A stretch of 63,134 nt of DNA, the filler included, from Octopus bimaculoides (taxonomy: Eukaryota), in assembly GCF_001194135.2 (NCBI RefSeq). It is 7 parts of 7 records of this genome, joined end to end, with 100 filler letters (N's around TTAATTAATTAA, not from the genome) between each part and the next. Parts side by side here need not be neighbours in the genome. Positions count along the whole stretch, not along the records: positions 13,483 to 37,531 come from NC_068983.1; 6 more parts are not named here. One strand, given 5' to 3'. Shown here in pieces: positions 14,501-26,059 of the stretch (position 1 is the stretch's first letter; every line of letters begins with the position of its first letter). Made by a program: the position numbers and the translations under genes. The notes under the pieces are model-generated. The model searched no databases and had not been told where the DNA came from. It saw only the letters and a program-made list of their open reading frames with translations.

Positions 14501-15554
14501 AGGATTTGAACATAAACTGTCATCATCATCATTTTAACATCCACTTTCCTATGTTTGCATGGGTTAGATAGAATTCTTTAAGGCAGACTTTCTACCCCCA
14601 GATGCTTTTCTTGTCACCACACCTCGTTCTAAGCAAGGTAATAATTCTCCATGGCTAGACATGTTTCCAGGGACATCATCATGATGTAAAAGCAAAGAGA
14701 GAGACACACACACATGCATACATGGCAAACTTGTTTCTGTTTCTGTCTATCAGATCCACTCACAAGGCTTTGCTTAGCCTTGGGCTATTGCAGAAAACCC
14801 TTGCTTTGCTTGCCACACAGTAGGACTAAACCTGAAATCACATAGCCATGCTTGCTCTTTACAATTCATGCAAGAACCTTAATCCTACATTACCCCTGTT
14901 CAATATGCTGTTAGGATTTTCTGATTGGGCATCAATATAGCAGATTGTTTACCCATTGATACATGCTTCTGATTGAGAAAGCTTAAGCCACTGACTATAT
15001 AATCCCTGATCTCTGTTGTTGTTGCTGCTTCACCCAAGGTCAATGCTAATTTTGACCAGTGACCTAGGAATCTCAAACAGTTGTCTATAGTTATGTATGT
15101 AAGGCTTCGACCAGGGATGTGCTGCCTGGGTAGGTAAGGTAGGCAGTGCCTACCTTGAATAAAATAGATCAATAGCAATATTTTCCTTCTATGGCAAAAT
15201 ATGCACCTAATTCAATAAAATTATGAAGGTTACACTGATTATTAATGCATAAAAAGCAAAATATTTTATTTTTTTGTAGATTAGGCAGGCATAATTCAAC
15301 CCGCCTTTCAATCTCAGTATTAAAACTATGCATAATACTGCTGTAGTACACGTGCTGCGTACAATACTACAATACTGGTTTCTTTACATGCTATAAAGGC
15401 AGAAGTAAATCTGCCTTCAACTCAGTCACACGCCTGTGTTTCGCTTAGTTTTTGTGTTTTACTGTATAAATGTCACCAACTGCCTATGTTGAGTAATTAC
15501 TGATAGTACGTGCCTGGCTTCTACTGATAAATATTTGTTTACTTTTGCTTTCAG

Positions 15555-15669
15555 AAGATGAAGGTTTAATAACCAATGCTGACTTATATTCTGAATCCAG
15601 CAGCATTGCTGGAGACAGTGTCGTTTCATCGACAAGTAACAGAACATCGTTGCTCAGTCGATCTACAGG
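15555..15669 (+). CDS. ELP1: ELP1 exon (Ser-rich regulatory segment)
   Basis: ctttcag acceptor, GG|gtatgt donor, phases fit both neighbours. EDEGLITNADLYSESSSIAGDSVVSS resembles the ELP1 SDLFSETSSV segment. Confidence 0.92.
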
Positions 15670-15973
15670 GTATGTAATGTGTAATTTCATTCTACTAATT
15701 ATTTTGTATTTGTCTTGCTCGTTATGTAATGTGTTGTGAGTTGGCAGAATCATTAGAACCTCAGAATGCCTCAAACTATTTGTTTCCACTCAATGTATTT
15801 GGAGTCCAAATTTTTCCAGAGTTAACTTTGCCTCTTGTTTTTTACATCATCATCATCATTTCAGCATCTATTTTCTGTGCTTGCATCAGTCAGAGGAAAA
15901 TACATTGGGAAAGAGTTTCCTACAACCAGATTCACTTCCTGATGTTTGTTTCCAAATGGGGCAAGATATCATC

Positions 15974-16015
<42 letters not shown>

Positions 16016-16266
16016 AACTAGCTGCTGCTAACTACCTAGAACCCACAAGAGTGAAAAAGCAAGACAGAGACAGACAGAAAAAGGGAAATGTTCCTTGCAT
16101 TTGAAAACTATGGAAATATTTTTAATAAGCATTTTATTTAATTTTTTCACAATTTAATTGTTTTTCATGCTTTACTCTAAGTTGAAAAAGTTGTAAAGAC
16201 TGAAACCAGTACTAAAATGTTCTTCATGGTAAAATTATTTTAGCATTTTCTACTTTGTCTTATTTT

Positions 16267-16337
<71 letters not shown>

Positions 16338-17076
16338 CGTAGGTGCAGGTGTTGTTGCTTCCCAACCACATGGTTCTGTGTTCAGTCTCACTGTCCACTG
16401 GGACCCACCAAGGCCTCTGTGATGGACTTGGTAGATAGAAACTGAAAAAAAACACATGTGATATCATTTTTCATTCATTCATCATTTAGCATCTGCTTTC
16501 CATGCTGGCATGGGTTAGAAAGTTTGACTGAATCTGTTAAGCTGGAGAGTTGTACCAAGTACCAGTTTGATTTGGTATGGTTTCTACTGCTGGATGCCCT
16601 TCCTGATGCCAACCACTCCGAGAGTGTAGTGGCTGTTTTTTATGTGCCACCAACATGAGTGCCAGTTATGTGACACTGGTTTTGGCCACAACTACAGTTT
16701 CACTTGGCTTAAGTTTTCTCATATGTGTGTGTATTTTCGTATGTACCCTTACTGTAACAGCATGTGATGATTGTAAATGAACATCACCATCATACAAGTG
16801 AGGTGGTTCATTTCCTGTTTTCTGTGGAAAACATATATGGCCATGGGGAAATATTACCTTTCTTGGAAACAGGTGGGGGTTGGTGACAGGAAAGGCATCT
16901 AGCCATAGAAAATCAACCTCAACTAATTCCATCTGACTCGTGTAAACATGAAAAAATGGATATTGAAGTTTTGATAATGACGAGAACATTGCCAACCCTA
17001 ACCAGTCTGTCTCTGAACTAAATTCTTCTCAGAGACATCTTGTACTGTAATTGTTTTCCTTTCCTTTTAATTGTAG

Positions 17077-17204
17077 AAGATCCTCCAGAAATCGACGGAA
17101 ACTGGAAAAGAAGAAATGGAGTCTAAAAGAAGGAAGCCTTTTCGAAGAATTTGCATTAGTTGATGAATTGAGTAAAATTATCAAACAAGTAGATACGCTG
17201 CGAG
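17077..17204 (+). CDS. ELP1: ELP1 exon (basic tRNA-binding/NLS region)
   Basis: ttgtag acceptor, G|gtaaat donor. RSSRNRRKLEKKKWSLKEGSLFEEFALVDEL matches the conserved [20 protein letters not shown] motif. Confidence 0.95.
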
Positions 17205-17598
17205 GTAAATCTTTACTTATTGTTTCCTTGAATGTGGAACTGATTCTTGTCATTACTCGACCAAATGCTGCTACCAAGTAGTGCAAGCAACAGTTCCAAG
17301 TATCTTTCATTGAGTTGACCTATAATTAAGGGTACTCTAGCAAAGACCAGGCTACCCTTTTTATATATCTAAGGCTTGGTTGTTTAATCTGTCCTTCCTT
17401 CCTTAAGACAGTAACATATGATTTAAAGCAATTTGGCTGCTACTTCTCCAAGGTCAAGCCATTATACACAGACAAGTTCCTTTGTTGACTCAGATTGAAC
17501 TGGTATAGGGTAGCAGCAGCATAAAGATGTGCAGTTTTTAAGTACAGTTACGAGAAAGTGTCAAAAGCAATTTGGGGTAAGGAGGGAAGCTGGTTTAA

Positions 17599-17820
17599 CC
17601 CTTTTGATATTAGCCCAGCTGAAACTGCCTCTGGCTCTGTAGTACAAATGTCTTGTTTTCATAAGTTCTGAATTAAAATCTTCCATCAAATCTTAGTCAC
17701 AATTTATGTTCCTAACACTAGCTGAATGATAACTAAGTTATTTTACTAAATTCTTTGTTAGATTTAAAGTTAATTGAAAGAAACACACAGTATCTCAACA
17801 GAAATATGGTAACAAAAGGG
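17599..17820. mobile_element. piggyBac-type MITE (TTAA TSD), plus a 3'-truncated second copy at 17852-18050
   Basis: TTAA|CCCTTTTG...CAAAAGGG|TTAA. The second copy begins TTAA|CCCTTTTG and shares the body. Confidence 0.8.
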
Positions 17821-18168
17821 TTAAAATATATGATAGAGAAACAGTTCTTAACCCTTTTGAGACTAACCTGGCTCTGGCTCTGAGTACAAATGTCTTGTTT
17901 TCATAAGTTTTGAATTAAAACCTTCCACCAGGTCTTAGTCACAATTTATGTTCCTAACACTAGCTTAATAATAACTAAGTTATTTTACTAAATTCTTTGT
18001 TACACTTAAAATCAATTGAAAGAAACACAAAGCATCTTAACAGAAATATGCTAAGTAGGTTATCACCAATTGAACGTTTCTCAGTCAGTTGACTTGTACA
18101 CAATATCTTTATAGTCTATTGTATTTGAGAAAGATCATACATAACCTATTATATTTTACTTTCTGTAG

Positions 18169-18314
18169 CTGACACCCATTCTCTGCTGCTTGTGCTGGTT
18201 CAGTTTGACTTTGAAAGTAAAGCTGAACAACTGCAGGAATTTTATGACAATTTCCTGAAGCATATTGAGAAAAATCTACCAACTTTACGTAAACCAAGTG
18301 ATGAGAAACAACAG
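18169..18314 (+). CDS. ELP1: ELP1 exon
   Basis: ttctgtag acceptor, CAG|gtagta donor, in phase. ADTHSLLLVLVQFDFESKAEQLQEFYDNFLKHIEKNLP parallels ELP1 (LKVLFLFEFDEQGRELQ). Confidence 0.88.
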
Positions 18315-19070
18315 GTAGTATAAAAGTTTTTTTTTTACATCAGTGGTCAAGTAGTTTGCTTTCCAACTACATGGTTTTGGGTTCATTCTTGCTGTGTTGC
18401 ACCTCGAGCAAATACATTCTATTATATCCTTGGATTGAGCAAAAGTAACCAAAGCCCACAGAAGAGACCATCAATATAGGTATATCTGTACATGTGGGTG
18501 TGTTTGTGTCTCCTTGAATTGACATCACATGACAGTTGTAAATCAGCTTCACCATCATAGAAAATGGTGTTGTTAATTTTCAATCTTCTGTGTAAACATG
18601 TCTGGCTATGGAGAAATATTTCCTTGTTTTGGAAACAGATGAAGGTTGGCAACAGGAATGGCACCTGGCTGTAGAAAATCTGGCCTCAGTGAATTCTGTC
18701 TGATCCAGTCATCATCATCATCATCGTAGTTTAACCTCCGTTTTCCATGCTGGGATGGGTTGGATGGTTTGTCTGGGGATTGGCAAGGCAGAAGGCTGCA
18801 CCAGGCTCCAATCTCATCTGGCAATGTTTCCACAGCTAGATGCCCTTCCTAACGCCAACCACTCCGAGAGTGTAGTGCGTGCTTTTTACATGCCACCGGC
18901 ATGGGAGCCAGTCAGGCGGGCCTGGCATCGATCACGTTCGGATAGTGCTTTTTACGTGCCACCAGCACAGGAGTCAGTCAAGGGATACAGACATCGGCCA
19001 CATTCAGATGGTGCTTTTTATGTGATGATAATGATGACGATGACAGTTATTTTTGGAAGTGAAAGATATA

Positions 19071-19260
19071 TACATTTGATGGATATTTGTCCTCATCTTG
19101 TTTGTTGTTAACAATGTTTCGGCCTTCATCAGATGTCTTGGGGAAATTTCGCGCCTGGGTTCTCATTCGTAAGGTATTTTTCGTAGTCGTCGTCGCTGTT
19201 GTTGTTGTTGTTCAGATCACTGCCTGGAATTGAACTCGGAATCTTGGGGTTAGTAGCAAC
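19071..19260 (-). mobile_element. Third copy of the HHR-tailed, tRNA-headed SINE-like element (ELP1 intron, antisense)
   Basis: Reverse complement has CTACTAACCCC...GAGTTCAATTCC (anticodon-arm-like plus B box), (AAC)n, the same body, and CTGATGA-AGGCC-GAAAC (stem II internally deleted). Confidence 0.75.
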
Positions 19261-19447
19261 CCATACATGAATGAATGGTGCTTCTCGCGTGCCACCAGCA
19301 CTGGTAACGGCCACAACTACAATTCCCATTTGATTTTGATAAATATATTATTTTTTTAAGATATTTAGACTGGTTGTTTAATTTTCTGATTTTGTTGGAT
19401 CCATTCTGTTTCTGTCATTATAAAATATATACTTTGCTTTATTCCAG

Positions 19448-19532
19448 CTTTCATTGGGACCTGGTCTAACAGCCAATGTTATTGCTGCAGCTGTTCAACA
19501 GGGCCAAAACTTCAACAGCGATGCAGAACCTG
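19448..19532 (+). CDS. ELP1: ELP1 exon
   Basis: ttccag acceptor, G|gtaact donor. LSLGPGLTANVIAAAVQQ matches ELP1 LGPNSTANSIMA. Confidence 0.9.
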
Positions 19533-20059
19533 GTAACTAATTTATTATATCATTAAGTATGTATGTGTGTGTAATTATACATCATTTTATAAGGAGCTAG
19601 GGATTATTTTGGCTTGTCTTGCATGAAGTAGATGAGGGTTCCATACATAGTCTGTTTTTGGCTTAGTTTCTACAGCTAAATGCCCTTCTTAAAGATAAAT
19701 AAAATAATCACCTGACAAAGGACTAGAATCAATGTAATCAACCCTTTGAAACCAGTCAATAACCAATTAATATAATCAAAATTCTTTAGGTGGCAAGCTG
19801 GCAGAATCATTACTGCACCAGACAAAATGCTTACCAGCATTTCTTATTTTACATTCTAAGATCAAATTCCACCAATGTCGACTTTACCTTTCATCCTTTC
19901 GGGGTCAATAAAATAATAACCAGTTGAGCACTGGGATCAATGTAATTAACTTTCCCCATCCCATGAAATTGCTGGCCTTGTGTCAAATTTGAAACCAATG
20001 TAATCAAAATTGTTGAAACCATTGAAAGACTAAAAATAATGTTTCTTTTTTGTTTGCAG

Positions 20060-20145
20060 ACCCTTCTCAAATGGTACCAAGTAGTCTCAACAGCAGTCTT
20101 AAATGGAAATTACATGTAATTAGTAATAATCAGCAGACACAATAA
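20060..20145 (+). CDS. ELP1: ELP1 terminal coding exon
   Basis: tttgcag acceptor. DPSQMVPSSLNSSLKWKLHVISNNQQTQ* contains the terminal WKL motif. AATAAA at 20164-20169. Confidence 0.88.
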
Positions 20146-20177
20146 TTTCACCAGGAGTAATTCAATAAACTTATCTG

Positions 20178-20217
<40 letters not shown>

Positions 20218-20574
20218 TATTAAAAGCTGTTTGTGTTCTATTTGTAATATGTTTATTAAGCCATCAACTTACGTCTGCCATGAGTCCTAGGCCTCATAAG
20301 GGAAGGGCTTGACTCAGTTCCCATGGGTTAGAAGGCTTGACAGGTGCTGGCAAGGCCAGGGGCTGCATCAGATTCTATAGTCTGTTTTGGCTTGGCTTGT
20401 ACTGCAGGATGCTCCTTCTAATGCCACCCACTTTAAAGTGTGTNNNNNNNNNNNNNNNNNNNNNNNNNNNNNNNNNNNNNNNNNNNNNNNNNNNNNNNNN
20501 NNNNNNNNNNNNNNNNNNNNNNNNNNNNNNNNNNNNNNNNNNNNNNNNNNNGCATGGCCCCAATCATTTTTGTG

Positions 20575-20950
20575 TATGAGGGGCTGAAAAGTTCCTGGCT
20601 TTGAGGGTATCACAAAAGGGTAGAGCTGTTGCCTTTACTACAGGGGAGGCAGGACAACTATTTAGAAGAGATGCAAAAAGTCAAGGTGGTGTACAATGTA
20701 TCTTTCTTTTTTTTTTTTGCACATTTAATGCATGATGGCAGCTCCTACATTGGATTTTGGTAAAATTGAAGAATGGGCAACCGTGAAGTTCTTTTTCCAA
20801 GGCAAAGGATTGGTGAGATGAAGGAAGTTTTGAAATTGGCTACCCATCTAACTCCACAGTGAAAATTTGGATGTCAAGGTTTCAGACTGGTCATTTCAAG
20901 GTCACAGATGAACCATGGTCAGGACGGCCAATTTCCGCAACTGCAATTGC
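20575..20950 (+). mobile_element. mariner transposon 5' remnant
   Basis: TIR-like TATGAGGGGCTGAAAAGTT and an F.TGHFKVTDEP.SGRP N-terminal motif. Confidence 0.6.
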
Positions 20951-20954
20951 AGGA

Positions 20955-21150
20955 GAAATACATAGCTAAAGATAGACCTCTGTACTTTGGCTTTTGTTGA
21001 CTTGGAGAAAGCCTTTGATAGGGTCCCCCCACCCTATCTGGTGGTCAATGTGGAAACTAGGGATAGGTGAGTGGTTGCTGAGAGCTGTACAAGCTATGTA
21101 CAGAGATGCTGTCAGTAAGGTGAGGGTTGGCAACAAATACAGCAAAAAAT
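20955..21150 (+). mobile_element. RTE-clade LINE reverse transcriptase fragment
   Basis: AFVDLEKAFDRVP..IWWSMWKLGIGEWLLRAVQAMYRDAVSKVRVG. Confidence 0.85.
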
Positions 21151-21287
21151 TATGGGTTGACTCTTGTCTTTGTGAATTTGTGGAGAAGATATTAGAAAGA
21201 TAATTTATTTTATAAAATTTTAGAGTGCATTGCAAACTTTCGTTCTTGAATTTTTAAACTAATTAATGTTTGTTTTAAGCAATGTTT

Positions 21288-21920
21288 GGCACTATCATGC
21301 TATTAGCTGTCAGAAGTGAAAGTGCTCACTGCTAGTGAAGTATCTGTCTGTCTGCCTGCCTGTTGCTGGCCTGTCGATTCTTTGGCTACTGACAGCTAAT
21401 ACCATGACTGGCCGGAGCGAGCTATATGTCTGTCTGTCTGTCTCTCTCTCTATCTATCTATCTATTACTCGAAAGTTATTGGAACAAATTTGACACCTAT
21501 ATCCATGCGTTTGAAAACACAGAGTATAAGGGTACTCGCGTCCGCGCTAGCTAGTCGTGAATGGTCGATCCTATTATTTTTAAACTTCAAACTTCATTTG
21601 TTTTCTATTTTGATAAATTCTCTCTGTTGAAAACTATATTTTTATATTTTAAATAATTTGCAATTTCGGGAAATATGTTTTTATATTAAATTTGTGTTTT
21701 CTACTCACGACTAGCTAGCGCGGACGCGCGAACTTTCGAGTAATAGATAGATAGATAGAGAGAGAGAGAGAGACAGACAGACATATAGCTCGCTCCGGCC
21801 AGTCATGGTATTAGCTGTCAGTAGCCAAAAGAATCGACAGGCAGGCAGACAGAGAGACAAACAGATACTTCACTAGCAGTGAGCACTTTCACTTCTGACA
21901 GCTAATAGCATGATAGTGCC
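21288..21920. repeat. Nested long inverted repeat (about 630 bp)
   Basis: Outer arms 21288-21477 and 21731-21920. Inner perfect 24-bp arms 21537-21560 and 21705-21728. Each outer arm has an internal hairpin (CATGCTATTAGCTGTCAG / CTGACAGCTAATACCATG). Confidence 0.92.
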
Positions 21921-22780
21921 TTTAAAAGCTACGAGCAAACCAACTGTGGTGCAGTCGTTGTTGTTGCTGTTAAAGCTGCTGGCGTTGTTGCTGTTGTTGT
22001 TGTTGTCGTCGCTGCTGCTGGCGTTGCCGCCGGTGTTACTGTTGTTGATAGAATCGGGGCTGCTGGTGCTGTTGCTGGTGCTGGTGATAGTAGAGGATGT
22101 GGTGGTGGTGACGGTAGTGCTATCGCCACTGCCGGTTCTGCTGCTGTTGCCGTTATAGCCAGCGATGGAACTGGAACCATTGTCTCTGCTACTACAACTA
22201 TAATAGCCAAAAAGCCTGGCATCGTGACATCGAGAGAAGCTATTGGTAAGGCTGGTGGTGATGTCGCTGCTGTTGGCGATGCCGCTGCTGTTGTTAGCAA
22301 ATCTGTCATCCATGACAGCGGTGGTGGCAATGATGGCTGTGTTACCGGCTCTGTTCTCATGTCTACAGCCGTTATTGTTTCTGCCAGTGTTAAATGCATG
22401 TCGTGTTAGAAGCTCGGCTTGATATACGACCCCTTTGGTTTCGCAGCAGCCTCCTGCCGGACAACTGCTTCGAATCCTGCGTGAACAACCCACATCTTCC
22501 TGTGCTCTAGGGGCGCTAACTAGGATGCTCTTAATGTTCGCGGCGCAGCTAACGTTGTACCTGTCGAATATGGGACCGTACATATGGGAGCAAGTGAAAT
22601 GCTTATCTATTAATTTAAGGAAAAGTCTACCTACAGGTGTTGTACTAATGGAGTGGGGGGAGGACAAATCAAATCGTATTTCTACGGCGCTGTTTTCTGC
22701 GGCTGTTGAGTTCCCTTATGTAGGAGATGCGGTCCCTAAACCCGCTGGCAATATTCATTTTTGATAAGGTTTTTCAAAAA
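21921..22780 (-). mobile_element. Fragment of a second PLE lineage (RT C-terminus/linker, internally deleted endonuclease, low-complexity tail)
   Basis: GRLFLKLIDKHF...IF.R.NVSC..NIKSI, C(S)R....CP.GGCC.TKGVVYQA and CRHEN motifs in ORF 21873-22667. Linker differs from the Neptune element; Nematis-like, clade uncertain. Confidence 0.78.
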
Positions 22781-22933
22781 AAACGAAACATGTAAATCAA
22801 TTAAAACACCCAAAAAATGTTTTTAAAAAGTAGNNNNNNNNNNNNNNNNNNNNNNNNNNNNNNNNNNNNNNNNNNNNNNNNNNNNNNNNNNNNNNNNNNN
22901 NNNNNNNNNNNNNNNNNNNNNNNNNNNNNNNNN

Positions 22934-23310
22934 TATTATTATTATTATTATTATTATTATTCATATACACAGAACGGTGGAAAAGAAAAATTCCTAACAT
23001 CGTTCTACAACAAGTAACCTTAGATGCCAAGAACCCTCCTAAGTATCCTAGCTGTCCCTAATAACAACACTGTTTTCTGGAGCTGTACTAAACTGGGTTT
23101 TATGCTTGTTTCCTCTATCCATCTGTTCAAATCTTTAGGAATAGTTCCCAATGCACCTATAACTACTGGGATACATTTTACCTGCATTTTCATAGTCTCT
23201 GTAATTCAATGGCTAGGTCCTGGTATTTTGATATTTTTTCTATACCTCTCATATTGATTTTTTTCATCATTTGGGATTGTAAAGTCAATTATCTGGCACT
23301 TTCTATTCTC
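22934..23310 (-). mobile_element. Second, 5'-truncated R4/Dong 3' end starting within the (AAT)n tail of the first
   Basis: CQIIDFTIPNDEK..YE..EKY.DL.IELQRL.K..C..IPVVIGALGTIP motifs, flanked on both sides by (AAT)n. Confidence 0.75.
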
Positions 23311-23339
23311 TTTATTATTATTATTATTATTGTTGTTGT

Positions 23340-24290
23340 TGTTGTTTTCCTTCTCAGAGCGCTCAGTCTTGTTTGCTCTGGTTGATTCTGTGAGAATGGA
23401 CAGCAGCCTGCTGTCAGTTGTCTCACAGTGTCTCTTTCCGCACATAATAAGCTTTGATACTTGGTTTCTAATTATCGCGGAAGATATTCAGCATCCAAGT
23501 ACCAATCTCAAAATCCTAACCCTAACCCCAGCAGAGCAGTTCTGGGGGGGGGGGGCTTACTCTGCTCTCATGTCAATTTCGATTTCTTTGACATATTTCT
23601 CGAACTTGGTTGTAAGAGCTCCGAGTGACACTACAACTACAAGAATGACAGACACTCTCCACAAAGTCTACATTGCTGCAATTTCGTCTTTTAGTAGTCA
23701 TTACTTTTCAATCTTTTTTAGTTCTTTGTCACTTATGCGTGCATCCCCAGGTATTGCAATATCAATAATCTTGGTTTCCTTTTTCCCTTTATCTACCACA
23801 ACAATATCTGGTCTCCAAGCATCGATTACGGAGTCACATTGGATTGTTAAATCCCACAGTATGTTATTTTCCTTGTCTTTAGTGACGCCTTCTGGTTCAT
23901 GTTCGTACCATTTCTGTGCTCTGTTCAGAACATACTTTTCACATAGTCTCTAGTGGACAAACTTAGCCACGTTATCGTGCCTCCTTTTGTGAGGTTGTTT
24001 CGTTTCTGCTACCACACATCCTATAAATGGGCGATTCGCTGCTGTTATCTATTTGGAACTTAATGAAATTAGTTCTCAGAGCTTGCTCCTGGGTGCTGCA
24101 TATCAATATCTCATGCCATCCTTTCAGATCACTTTTTCTTAGCGATCTCCAAGTGTTGGTCTTGTCATTTCCTTCAATTTCTCAGAGTTATTGCCCATGC
24201 AGTGATTTAATTTTCCAATTGTTTATTCTTTCTTCTTCATCTTGCTTCTTAAATGTTTCTGGATGCATCATGCTTTCGGTAGGTATTGTA
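23340..24290 (-). mobile_element. R4/Dong-clade non-LTR retrotransposon 3' fragment with restriction-like endonuclease
   Basis: WKIKSLHGQ, QEQALRTN, ILWDLTIQCD.VI.A.RPDIVVVDK..KE.KIIDIAIPGD motifs. Ends in an (AAC/AAT)n tail. Confidence 0.85.
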
Positions 24291-24759
24291 TTTTGTAAAA
24301 TTGTTTGTCTGGGTTTGCTTTTTCTCTTTATTTTCTTCTTTCTTTTCTTTTCTGTTTTAATCTCGATCAAATCAATTTATATCATTTCCTTAAAATCACT
24401 GATAAAATATTTCTTTGTCCTTTTAACATTGTGCCGGTGCCATAAATTGGTAATGATTACTTGATATAACAACATAAAGGGTCGTTATTAGTCTATTTGA
24501 GTTGGATAACCAATAAATTAGCGCAACACGCAACATAGAGGAGGAAGAATGTAACAGCTGACGTCTGCATTTTGCTTGTTTGGTAAGTTTAACAGCAAAA
24601 GATCTGAAATCATCACCACCACCACCATCACAATCACTACCATAGTCATCATCATCACCAGCACCAATATCACAGCCATCACCATCATCATCACTGAAAC
24701 CAGTTATACATTGGGGAGAACCATCTATGTAATAAACTATACTTTCACCTAACAGTTAT

Positions 24760-25412
24760 GGTGAAGGTGCGTGGCTTACTGGTTAGAATACTCAGCTTAC
24801 ACTGGTAAGGTCATAAGTTCGATTCCCAGTGGCACATTCTGTCCTTGAGCAAGACACTTTATTTCCCATTGCTCCAGTTCACTCAGCTGGCAAAAATGAG
24901 TTGTACCTGTAATTCAAAAGGCCAGCCTTGTCATATTCTTGTCATGTTGAATCTCCCTGAGAACTACATTGTTTTGTTGTTGTTATTTGTTCCTTCTCAA
25001 GCCGTGCCTGGTTCATAAGGGCCGGTTTCCCAGTTTCATTGGCGTATATATTCTCCACTTGGACGGGACACCGGTCCGTCGCAGGTGAGCTGCTAAATAC
25101 AGGAGGAAAGAGTGAGAGAAAGTTGTGGCAAAAGAGTCAGCAGAAGTTCACCATTACCTTCTGCCGGAGCCGCGTGGAGCTTAGGTGGTTCGCTCATAAA
25201 CACACACATCGCCCGCTCTGAGATTCGAACTTGCGATCCCTCGACCGCAAATCCACTTCTCTAACCACTAAGCTATGTACCTCCCCGAGGACTACATTAA
25301 GGGTACACGTGTCTGTGGAGTACTCAGCCACTTGCACATTAATTTCGCAAGCAGGTTGTTCCGTTGATCGGATCAACTGGAACGCTTATCGTCGTAACTG
25401 ACGAAGTGCCAA
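24760..25412 (+). mobile_element. Family-A-related SINE with 16-bp TSD, interrupted by an antisense SINE (24971-25284)
   Basis: TTCACCTAACAGTTAT at 24744-24759 and 25413-25428. The inner element duplicates about 14-18 bp (GAGAACTACATT / GAGGACTACATT). Confidence 0.85.
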
Positions 25413-26059
25413 TTCACCTAACAGTTATTAGTTTCCAATAGACCCCAGCTGTTATCTTTATGACTAATAAAAAAAGAATTATTGTCCTGAGCAGTGACTC
25501 AGCGTCCTCTGTCATTAAATGGCATTTTACAGACGCTGTTCCCTATACTTTCAAAAAACAAATATCCCCCAAAACAGCAGTTTATGTTACTCAAACAGAA
25601 GTCAGTTTTGTACTGCGTCTATTTATCGATATTATCTTATACTCTCATGTCCAACATGTGTCTCCGGTTTCCTTTTAGATAATTGCACAGATTAGAACCA
25701 TTTTTTAATAGGCATAGGCCTGACTGTATAATTAAGAGGTTAGCTTTGAAATTACATGATTTCAGGTTCAGCCCTACTGCATGGCAGCTTCAGCAAATGT
25801 TTTCAACTGCAGGTCCAGACCAATCAATGCCTTGTGAGAAAATTAGACAAAAAAATTTGGACGTCAATCACACGACTGAAGTGTTTAAGAGCATGAAACA
25901 AATATTGCTGTGGTTTTTCTTTTCTTTCTCTTTTTTTTTTGCTGAGAATATCAAGAATTACACAGCAGACCAATCAGTTTAGTTCACCGGTAGTGAACAG
26001 CTGACACTGTAGTACATCTCCAGCGTTAGAAGCTGTGCAAAGGCAATAACAAAAATAGT

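Noticed and set aside
21873-22399. Long Ser/Asn/Thr/Ala-rich ORFs as mucin-like genes
   Set aside because: Low-complexity trinucleotide tail of a PLE fragment, open in several frames, with no splice signals.
23515-23530. CCTAACCCTAACCC telomere-like motif
   Set aside because: Only two units, embedded in the R4 LINE C-terminus.
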